From NCBI GenBank assembly GCA_965242925.1, contig CBDEUM010000039.1, forward strand, positions 64,001 through 128,000: 64,000 nucleotides of DNA. The letters run 5' to 3'. Shown here in pieces: positions 19,553 to 27,496 of this stretch (positions within the stretch are counted from its first letter, which is position 1; the number at the start of each line of letters is the position of its first letter). The notes beneath the pieces are model-generated. The model made no database searches, was not told the DNA's origin, and saw only the letters and a program-made list of their open reading frames with translations. The position numbers were made by a program, and so were the translations under genes. The DNA comes from Roseibacillus sp. (GTDB lineage: Bacteria; Verrucomicrobiota; Verrucomicrobiia; Verrucomicrobiales; Akkermansiaceae).

Positions 19553-20434
19553 TTGGACCGCGACCTTCTCAAGACCACTTCTACCTCGGCCTCGGTCTGT
19601 GCCGAGAAACTCCGACTCCCCCTGCGCTCCCGCGTCTGGAAGGGACAGGCCGGCGAGTTCCTCGGTGCCGGGGTCGGTTCCTCCCTCGATTTCCAGGATC
19701 ACCGGTCCTACGCCCCCGGCGATGACCCGCGCCATATCAACTGGCAGGCCTACGCCCGCACCGGCCACTACACCATGAAACTCTACCGCGAGGAGGTGCG
19801 CCCGGTCGTTGACCTCGTCTTCGATGTTTCCGAGTCGATGTTCTTCGAACCGGCCAAGGCCCGCCGCTCCTGCGAACTCTTCTACTTCCTCGTCGAGAGC
19901 GCCGCACGCACGGGAGCCTCTCTCCACATCCACCTCGTGGTGGGTGAACACATTCGTCCCATCCCCCGGGAAGCGGTCCACACCCACCATTGGCTCCAGA
20001 CAGCCCGGACGCTCCAGGAGGCGGATCCGGACCAACCACCCGATCTCTCCTCCATTCCCTTTCGGGCCAACGCTTTCCGCGTCTTCCTCTCCGACCTCCT
20101 CTTCTCCGGTGATCCCGTCCCTCTCATCGGTTTGCTCGGCCAGCGCCAGGGAAGCCCGGTCGTCTTTGTCCCCTTCTCCCGGGCCGAGTCCGATCCCAAC
20201 TGGCACGGCAACTATGAGTTCATCGAAGCCGAACGGAAGACCCGCCACCCTCACCGCATCGAACCCTCCATCCTGTCGCGCTACAGGAAAACCTACGCCA
20301 ACCACTTCGAGATCTGGAAGACTGTCAGCCGCCGTTACAATGCCATCCTCGCCCGCGTTGGCGCCGACACCAACCTTGAATCGGCTCTCCATGTCGAGGC
20401 CGTCCCCGCCGGCGCCCTGGAAGTGACCAACTGA
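19553..20434 (+). CDS. DUF58 domain protein (vWA-like MoxR partner)
   Basis: GSSLDFQDHRSYAPGDDPRHINWQAYART, DVSESM MIDAS-like motif; TTG start is uncertain. Confidence 0.92.
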   Translation: MDRDLLKTTSTSASVCAEKLRLPLRSRVWKGQAGEFLGAGVGSSLDFQDHRSYAPGDDPRHINWQAYARTGHYTMKLYREEVRPVVDLVFDVSESMFFEPAKARRSCELFYFLVESAARTGASLHIHLVVGEHIRPIPREAVHTHHWLQTARTLQEADPDQPPDLSSIPFRANAFRVFLSDLLFSGDPVPLIGLLGQRQGSPVVFVPFSRAESDPNWHGNYEFIEAERKTRHPHRIEPSILSRYRKTYANHFEIWKTVSRRYNAILARVGADTNLESALHVEAVPAGALEVTN

Positions 20435-20525
20435 GGGAGAAGCCCCCCCTTCCTCTCTGCAGGCAAATCCGATTTCGACCGCCTTGAGCATTGCAACTTG
20501 ACGTCCGAATGGTGAACGTCTCCAC

Positions 20526-21203
20526 ATGAGACTCCTTTTGTCCGCTCTCGGAGCTGCCACACTCGCCCTGCCCTCCTCCGCCCAGGAGGGCGCGCCGGAC
20601 AAGAAAAGCAGCCCGGACTTCCTCAACCGCCGCGGAACCGAGCACTTCTTCGCTGGTCGCATAGCGGAATCGCTGCAGGACTGGGACCGTGTGGTCAAGA
20701 TGGTGCCCCGGCAGGCACCCCACCACTGGCAACGTGGGATCGCGCTCTATTACGCCGGGCGATACGAGGATGGGGTGGCACAGTTCAAAATTCACCAGAC
20801 CGTCAACGGCACCGACGTGGAGAATGCCGTCTGGCACTTCATCTGCGCCGTGCGTGCAAAGGGGGGCACGGTCAGGAACGCCCGCGAAAAGATGTACCCC
20901 TACGCCGGTGACCGCCGTATTCCCCTCAGGGAAGTCCACGCCCTTTTCAAAGGTACCGGCTCGACCGAAAAGGTTCTCGCTGCCGCCGGCCGGGACCAGT
21001 CGGACAAACTGAAACTGCGCAATCATCTCTGCTACGCCCACCTCTACCTCGGTCTCTATTACGAAGCCCTCGGTGAGTCCGGGAAGGCCGCCGAACACAT
21101 GAAGAGAGCGGCGGTCGACTACAAGATGGACCACTACATGGGAAAGGTGGCCCAGATCCACCACAACCTGCGCACGGGAAAGAAGCAGGCTGGCCAGAAA
21201 TAA
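20526..21203 (+). CDS. Exported TPR protein (NlpI-like)
   Basis: Signal peptide; TPR-like units RGTEHFFAGRIAESLQDWDR, WQRGIALYYAGRYEDG, YAHLYLGLYYEALG. Confidence 0.82.
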   Translation: MRLLLSALGAATLALPSSAQEGAPDKKSSPDFLNRRGTEHFFAGRIAESLQDWDRVVKMVPRQAPHHWQRGIALYYAGRYEDGVAQFKIHQTVNGTDVENAVWHFICAVRAKGGTVRNAREKMYPYAGDRRIPLREVHALFKGTGSTEKVLAAAGRDQSDKLKLRNHLCYAHLYLGLYYEALGESGKAAEHMKRAAVDYKMDHYMGKVAQIHHNLRTGKKQAGQK

Positions 21204-21272
21204 GGGAGCTCTCTCCCAGGGCGCTCCCTCCAGACGCAGGCTGCGGCCGGACACCCTTCTCCGGATCCGCTC

Positions 21273-22679
21273 TTACACCATCGGCATCAACCGGGAGGCA
21301 ATCCAGACCACCCCGAAACCGGATATGCCCATCAGGGTCAGCATGACCGAGAATGTCTTGAGGGTTTCCCCCTCGGTCATCCCCGACATCCTGGAAATAA
21401 CCCAGAACCCGCTGTCATTCATCCAGGGACCAGGCTTGGACCCGCAGCCGATGGCCAGCGCGAGATAGACGGGGTGGAAGGCCAGGTCCACGTTCTCCAG
21501 CAGGGACGCCATCAGGGCCCCACAGGTGATCATGGACACCGTGGCGGAACCCTGGGCGATCCTTACCAGCGCGGTGCACAGAAAAGCGACGAGGAGAATC
21601 ATGTGCCCGGAACCGCTGAAAACATCCTTCAAGGTGTCCGCGATTCCGGTCTCCTTCATGATCGACCCAAAGGCCGAACCTGCCGCCGTGATCAGGATGA
21701 TCGTACCCCCACCCGCCAGGGCTGACTGCAAAACCCGGGGAAGGGCCAGTCCCGGGGGACGATGCTTTACCAGGATGAGAATCGCGATGAGAGCCCCCAC
21801 TCCCAGAGCCATATTCTTGTTCCCCAGCAGGAGGGCGATCTGCCCTCCCAGAGCATAGTCGGCATCCGCCGCTTTCCCATGCAGCGAGACGATAATCGTC
21901 CCGGCCATGATGAGCGCGAAAGGAACCACAACGGGCAGCAGCGAAATTCCCAGCGAGGGGAGCTGCCGCCCGGGATCGGGCTCGAATTCTTCATCCAGGG
22001 AGAGGGCGGTTTCCCGCATCTCAATCCTGAAAGTGTTGTTCGCCCAGCGAGCATAAAGGTATCCCACCGTCATGGTGATAACGCCCAGAAGCAGTCCTCC
22101 GAGGATCATGACACTGAGATCAAGTCCGGGACGTCCCTGATCCCTGAGAGCTTCATCAATTTCAGAAACCACCAGGAGCGGACCGGGCGTGGGCGGAACG
22201 AGGGAGTGAGCCATGCTCCCCCCTGCCACCACCGCGAGGAGGGCCAGAATGAATTTCTCCGGGTTGGCCTTCGCGAAGGTCCGCACCAGCGGAACCATGA
22301 GGTAGAACACTGTGTCGAAGAAAACCGGGATACCGAGGAGAAATCCACTGCTCAGGAATCCCAGGGGAGCACGCTTTACTCCAAAAAGACTCAGGAATCC
22401 TCTCACGATCCGCTCGGCCGCTCCGCTTGCAAGAAGACACTGGCCGATGACTGCCGCCATCGCGATGACCAGGCCCACCTTGCCGCAACCGCTGCCAAAA
22501 GCCGTTCCAAGCCTCTTTCCGACCAGAGCCAACGGTTCCTCCCCGGGAGCCAGCACGGCCACCACCACCGCTCCCAGCATCAACGCCAGGAACGGATGCA
22601 GGCGGAACTTCAGGATGGTTCCTACCACCACCGCCATTCCAATCAGACAAATGACGATCGGGCTCATCGTGCACACCAT
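21273..22679 (-). CDS. GntP-family gluconate/sugar-acid:H+ symporter
   Basis: RLHPFLAL, GIPVFFD, HSLVPPTPGP, RIAQGSATV, WMNDSGFW. Confidence 0.92.
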   Translation of the reverse strand: MVCTMSPIVICLIGMAVVVGTILKFRLHPFLALMLGAVVVAVLAPGEEPLALVGKRLGTAFGSGCGKVGLVIAMAAVIGQCLLASGAAERIVRGFLSLFGVKRAPLGFLSSGFLLGIPVFFDTVFYLMVPLVRTFAKANPEKFILALLAVVAGGSMAHSLVPPTPGPLLVVSEIDEALRDQGRPGLDLSVMILGGLLLGVITMTVGYLYARWANNTFRIEMRETALSLDEEFEPDPGRQLPSLGISLLPVVVPFALIMAGTIIVSLHGKAADADYALGGQIALLLGNKNMALGVGALIAILILVKHRPPGLALPRVLQSALAGGGTIILITAAGSAFGSIMKETGIADTLKDVFSGSGHMILLVAFLCTALVRIAQGSATVSMITCGALMASLLENVDLAFHPVYLALAIGCGSKPGPWMNDSGFWVISRMSGMTEGETLKTFSVMLTLMGISGFGVVWIASRLMPMV

Positions 22680-22748
22680 CCTTCCATGCGCGAAAAGCCT
22701 TCAAAAGAACCGCCCCGGATGTAAAGAGAGTTCGTCACCAATATCCAT

Positions 22749-24488
22749 ATGCCTGATCCGCGCCCACGCAGGAAGCCCAAAGACCTTCGCAGCCACCGCT
22801 TCTTCGCACCCGACACCCAGAGGGGCTTCGGTCACCGCTCCCGCCACAAACAGCTCGGCCTCAACGATGACGAGTTCATGGGCAAACCAGTCATCGCGAT
22901 CCTCAATACCTGGAACGATTTCATTTCCTGTCATGCGCACTTCCGTCAGCGCGCCGAGGAAATCAAGCGAGGTGTCTGGCAGGCCGGCGGATCACCTGTC
23001 GAAGTTCCCGTTCTGGGTTTGAGCGAAACCTTCATGAAGCCAACCTCCATGAGCTATCGCAACCTGCTGGCCATGGAGACCGAGGAGGTGCTGCGTGCTC
23101 ACCCCATCGACGCCGCCGTCCTCATGGGCGGTTGCGACAAGACCACGCCAGGCCTACTCATGGGCGCCCTCATGGTGGACATTCCCGTCCTTTTCATGCC
23201 GGGCGGGCCCATGATGCGCGGAAGCTGGCGCGGCGAAGAGGTCGCTTCCGGAACCGATCTCTGGAAGTACTGGGCCGAGCGCGGGGCGGGCTGCCTCTCC
23301 TGCGACGCCTGGAACGACCTGGAAGACCACATCGCGCCCAGCCCGGGTCACTGCATGACCATGGGGACAGCCTCCACCATGACCTCCATCACCGAGGCGC
23401 TTGGCCTCGCCCTTCCCGGTTCCTCCTCCATCCCCGCCGTGCACTCCGCGCACTCGCGCATGGCCGCTCGTTGCGGGAAACGCATCGTCGAAATGGCCTG
23501 GGAGGATCTCAAGCCGAGCGACCTCCTCAGCGAAAAGTCCTTTCACAACGCCATCACCACCGACATGGCTATCGGCGGGAGCACCAACGCCATCATTCAT
23601 CTCATCGCCCTCGCCCGGCGGGCCGGCATTGATCTCCCTCTCGAGCGTTTCGACGAGATTGCCGCACGCACGCCGGTCCTCGCCAATCTCAAACCGAGCG
23701 GCGCCTACGTCATGGGTGACTTCTACGATGCCGGCGGACTACCCGCACTGCTTCAGCGTATCCACGATCTTCTCCACCTGGACTGCCCCACCGCAGCCGG
23801 GATCACCCTGGGCGAAGCGATCAAGGATGCGGAGGTCTTCAACGAAGATGTAATCCGGCCCCTCGACAATCCTCTCACTTCCGAGGGAGGCACCGCCATT
23901 CTGCGTGGCAATCTTGCCCCGGAGGGAGCCGTCATCAAGCCGGCAGCAGCCGATCCCAAACTGCTCACTCACCGGGGACCAGCCGTCGTGTTCGAAAATC
24001 TGGCGGACATCAGGGCCCGCATTCACGATCCTGCCCTGGGCATTACCCCCAACCATGTCATCGTGATGCAGAGCGGCGGCCCACTTGGCGCACCCGGCAT
24101 GCCCGAATCAGGAATGCTCCCTCTCCCGAACTATCTCCTTGAGCAGGGCGTGCGCGACATGGTGCGACTTTCCGACGCCAGGATGAGCGGAACCAGCTAC
24201 GGCACCTGCGTTCTCCACATCGCTCCCGAGTCACACCTCGGAGGACCACTCGCACTGGTTCAGGACGGGGACATGATCGAACTCAATGTCGCCGAGCGCC
24301 GGCTCCATCTCGATGTTGAAGAAGAAGAACTGGTCCGTCGCCGGGAGCAATGGACCGCCCATCCCCCACGCTTCAGCCGCGGATACGGCAAACTCTTTGA
24401 AGACGAAGTCACGCAGGCCCACGAGGGCTGCGACTTTCGATTTCTCGAGAACGACGGATCCAGCACCCCCGATCCCGAGATTCACTAA
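22749..24488 (+). CDS. IlvD/Edd-family sugar-acid dehydratase (L-arabinonate/D-xylonate dehydratase-like)
   Basis: GGCDKTTPG, GHCMTMGTASTM, GGSTNA, GPLGAPGMPE, SDARMSGTSYG; context of GntP plus a DHDPS-family lyase. Confidence 0.88.
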   Translation: MPDPRPRRKPKDLRSHRFFAPDTQRGFGHRSRHKQLGLNDDEFMGKPVIAILNTWNDFISCHAHFRQRAEEIKRGVWQAGGSPVEVPVLGLSETFMKPTSMSYRNLLAMETEEVLRAHPIDAAVLMGGCDKTTPGLLMGALMVDIPVLFMPGGPMMRGSWRGEEVASGTDLWKYWAERGAGCLSCDAWNDLEDHIAPSPGHCMTMGTASTMTSITEALGLALPGSSSIPAVHSAHSRMAARCGKRIVEMAWEDLKPSDLLSEKSFHNAITTDMAIGGSTNAIIHLIALARRAGIDLPLERFDEIAARTPVLANLKPSGAYVMGDFYDAGGLPALLQRIHDLLHLDCPTAAGITLGEAIKDAEVFNEDVIRPLDNPLTSEGGTAILRGNLAPEGAVIKPAAADPKLLTHRGPAVVFENLADIRARIHDPALGITPNHVIVMQSGGPLGAPGMPESGMLPLPNYLLEQGVRDMVRLSDARMSGTSYGTCVLHIAPESHLGGPLALVQDGDMIELNVAERRLHLDVEEEELVRRREQWTAHPPRFSRGYGKLFEDEVTQAHEGCDFRFLENDGSSTPDPEIH

Positions 24489-24508
24489 CGTCCTGTGTGC
24501 CAAGCACC

Positions 24509-25426
24509 ATGAGAACCAACCCCGTCACGCCCGGTCTCCTCCGTGCCTCCGTGATTGCCGTGCCCCCGCTCGCCCGCGCGGACGACTATTCCATTTCGGT
24601 CGACGAGAATCGAAAGATCATCGAGCACATCGAAGAGGGAGGAGTGAGCACCCTCCTCTATGGCGGCAATGCCAACCTCTATCACATACGACCGGCCGAG
24701 TACGGTTGTCTCCTCCAGGTTGTTGCCGAGGCGGCAGGCGAGGAGACCCTGGTCATCCCGGCCGTGGGCCCGGCCTACGGCACCATGATGAACCAGGCTC
24801 CATCCCTCGCCGAATCCGGGTTCCCCACGGCCATGGTACTGCCTATGCAGGGCCCCACTACCAGCGAAGGAGTGGTGGAAGGACTCAGCCACTTTGCCCG
24901 GGCCTTCGGACGCCCTATCGTCCTCTATATCAAGAATCCCGGTTATATCGAACCTGAGGATGCCGCCCGCCTGGTCGAGTCCGGCCACGTCAGCTTTATC
25001 AAATACGCCATCGTGCGCGATGATCCCGCTGAAGACCCCTACCTCGCCCGTCTGGTGGAAGTGGTTGATCCCGCCATCATCGTTAGCGGTATCGGCGAGC
25101 AACCGGCCATCATCCACCGCGAGGAGTTCCGCCTCACCGGTTTCACCTCCGGTTGCGTCTGCGTGAATCCATCCCTCTCGCAGGCAATGCTGGAAGCTCT
25201 CAATTCGGGCGATCTCGCAAGGTCCGAGACCATCCGCAGTTTATTCCTGCCTCTCGAAGATCTCCGCAATTCCATCCACCCCGTCCGTGTTCTTCACGAG
25301 GCCATCGAACTCACGGGAATCGCTCATTCCGGACCACACCTCCCCCTCCTCAGCCGGTTGGAAGATACCGAGCGGGCAACTGTCGGAGAGGCGGCCCGGA
25401 ATCTCCTGCAACTCAGCCTGCCCTGA
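24509..25426 (+). CDS. DHDPS/NAL-family lyase (2-keto-3-deoxy sugar-acid dehydratase/aldolase-like)
   Basis: IAVPPLAR, LLYGGNANLY, IVLYIK, Schiff-base Lys region FIKYA; 20 bp after the dehydratase. Confidence 0.82.
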   Translation: MRTNPVTPGLLRASVIAVPPLARADDYSISVDENRKIIEHIEEGGVSTLLYGGNANLYHIRPAEYGCLLQVVAEAAGEETLVIPAVGPAYGTMMNQAPSLAESGFPTAMVLPMQGPTTSEGVVEGLSHFARAFGRPIVLYIKNPGYIEPEDAARLVESGHVSFIKYAIVRDDPAEDPYLARLVEVVDPAIIVSGIGEQPAIIHREEFRLTGFTSGCVCVNPSLSQAMLEALNSGDLARSETIRSLFLPLEDLRNSIHPVRVLHEAIELTGIAHSGPHLPLLSRLEDTERATVGEAARNLLQLSLP

Positions 25427-25433
25427 ATGACCG

Positions 25434-25476
25434 CCTTGCGGACCCTCCCCGAAGCGGGAATTCCGGTCCGCCAAGG
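25434..25476 (+). terminator. GC-rich hairpin after the lyase gene
   Basis: ccttgcggacc ... ggtccgccaagg imperfect inverted repeat; no clear U-tract. Confidence 0.35.
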
Positions 25477-25531
25477 TTGATCGCCCACGGATCTTGGCCT
25501 AGTTGTCTTCCTGAGCGCCCGGAGACCCTGC

Positions 25532-27394
25532 ATGAATATTGTCCTGACCAATCCCGCCGGTTTTTTCGCGCTCCTTGGCATACCGGCTGTCATCCTCATT
25601 CACTTCCTCCAGCGTCAGGCCAGGGTCATTCCGATCAGCACCCTCTTTCTTCTGGCCCATACTCAGCGCGAATCCTTGAGCGGCCGCCGCTTTGACCGGT
25701 TCACCAACTCCGTTCCGCTCTGGCTGCAGCTCCTGATGGTTCTCCTCCTGACCTGGCTCCTGGTGCTCCCGCGTTATGTCAGGCCCGCCTCCACCCAGCA
25801 GGTGGCGATCGTTCTCGACAGCTCGGCATCGATGAGTGTTTTCAAGGACAAACTGGTAATCAGCCTGCGCGAGAAACTTCCCCCGCTGCAGGGAAACGCG
25901 TCCCGCCTCCAGCTCTATCTCTTTGAGAGCGCCGCGGAAAAACCGGTCATCTACGCCGGCAACGATCTTGAGGAGGCCCTCACCTCCCTGGAAGACTGGA
26001 ACCCCTCCGCCGGTTCGACCGATCCCGACAACTCCCTGCGACTGGCCCGCAGCCGGGTCAGTCGCGAAGGCATCCTGATCTATGTCAGTGACACTCCCGG
26101 GGCCGATCTGCCCTTCGATGCACAATCGCTCTCCATTGGAGAACCCAGAACCAACGTTGGATTTACCGGGGTGGCCTTCGAAAATGAAGGTGACGCCGTC
26201 AGGTGGAATGCCCTGCTCCGGAATTACTCCGACAGCCCTCAGACCCGCAGCTGGCAGGTCGTCTTTACTGACGGCAGCAGGAGCCAGCCGCAACCGGTCA
26301 CCCTCAAGAAGAATTCCATGACCACGATAAGTTCGGCCTTCCCGGCCGGAAGCAACCGCCTGCGCGTGGTGCTCACCTCGGATAACTTCAGTCTCGACGA
26401 CGAACTGCCGATCGTCCTGCCCCGTCCCAAGAGCCTCAAATACTACCTCCAAGTCTCGGAAAAGCACGGCAACATCGCCAGAAAGTTCGGCCGCTTCCGC
26501 AAGCTCGAAGAGGTCAGTGATCCCATTCAGGCCGATCTCTCGCTGGTCTCCTACGATCCGCTTCTACCTGCCCTGCCTGGGGGAAACAGCATCGTCATGG
26601 TTGATGAGACGACCCAGAGTCGCAAGTACCTGCGCGGTGGTATCGTGGCGGAAAAACACCCGCTCATGGATGGGATCAACTGGCAATCTCTGCTCGTTCG
26701 TGAGTCCATCCAGATCCAGCTCAACAAGACTGATGAAGTCCTCCTCTGGCAGGGAAACCGCCCTCTCATTGCCCTGCGCACTTCCGTCCTCCTCGAAACA
26801 CCAGAAGATGCCGAACCCCGGGGCGTGCGTCAGCTGATCTTCAATTTCGACCTCACCCTCTCCAATGCCGAGCAACTCGAATCAACCGCTCTCCTCCTCC
26901 ACCGTTTCAGCCAGGGACTGCGCAACCGGAAGGTGGCCCTGGAAGTTCTCAACACCGAGACCGGCCAACCTCTCAGGATTGCCACCCGGGGCAGCGCCCA
27001 GGCTGCCCCCCTGAGCCTCACCCGCTTCGGGGCAGATGGGCGCGCCCTGGAGGGCGGAACCGAGGTGATCAAACTCACACAGGCCCGGTTCCTGCAGGCC
27101 CCTTCCCAGCCCGGCTTCTTCGAAATCAGACAGGGAGACGAACTACTTCTTGAGTCAGGATGTCACTTTGCTGACACCCGCGAAGCCGACCTGCGAGCCT
27201 GCCGATCTGATGATCAGATCGCGGAATTGAGCGGGAAGGCCGTGGAACGCAACACCCGGGAGGATCATCTCTGGCGCCTCTGGGTGATCATCATTCTGGT
27301 TTCCCTTCTCCTCGCCTGGCACTTCACCAGAGATCGCCCCAGGGACGAAGAAGAACACCCTGCCGATCCCTTACCCGTTGCCGGCAACCCATAG
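25532..27394 (+). CDS. BatA-type N-terminal double-TM / vWA domain protein
   Basis: NPAGFFALLGIPAVILIHFL...LWLQLLMVLLL (BatA-like), VLDSSASM MIDAS motif, C-terminal TM. Confidence 0.88.
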   Translation: MNIVLTNPAGFFALLGIPAVILIHFLQRQARVIPISTLFLLAHTQRESLSGRRFDRFTNSVPLWLQLLMVLLLTWLLVLPRYVRPASTQQVAIVLDSSASMSVFKDKLVISLREKLPPLQGNASRLQLYLFESAAEKPVIYAGNDLEEALTSLEDWNPSAGSTDPDNSLRLARSRVSREGILIYVSDTPGADLPFDAQSLSIGEPRTNVGFTGVAFENEGDAVRWNALLRNYSDSPQTRSWQVVFTDGSRSQPQPVTLKKNSMTTISSAFPAGSNRLRVVLTSDNFSLDDELPIVLPRPKSLKYYLQVSEKHGNIARKFGRFRKLEEVSDPIQADLSLVSYDPLLPALPGGNSIVMVDETTQSRKYLRGGIVAEKHPLMDGINWQSLLVRESIQIQLNKTDEVLLWQGNRPLIALRTSVLLETPEDAEPRGVRQLIFNFDLTLSNAEQLESTALLLHRFSQGLRNRKVALEVLNTETGQPLRIATRGSAQAAPLSLTRFGADGRALEGGTEVIKLTQARFLQAPSQPGFFEIRQGDELLLESGCHFADTREADLRACRSDDQIAELSGKAVERNTREDHLWRLWVIIILVSLLLAWHFTRDRPRDEEEHPADPLPVAGNP

Positions 27395-27496
27395 CGCACA
27401 AGCGGTGGCTCGTATCCGGCCGCGAATCGCCCCTCCCTCACCCTCGTAAACCGCCCCTCTTCCCAGCCCATACCCCTCCGTCCGCTTCCTCCTGAA

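Noticed and set aside
22749..25426. ilvD and dapA calls
   Set aside because: Motifs and GntP context fit sugar-acid catabolic paralogs; the lyase lacks the GTTGE motif of DapA
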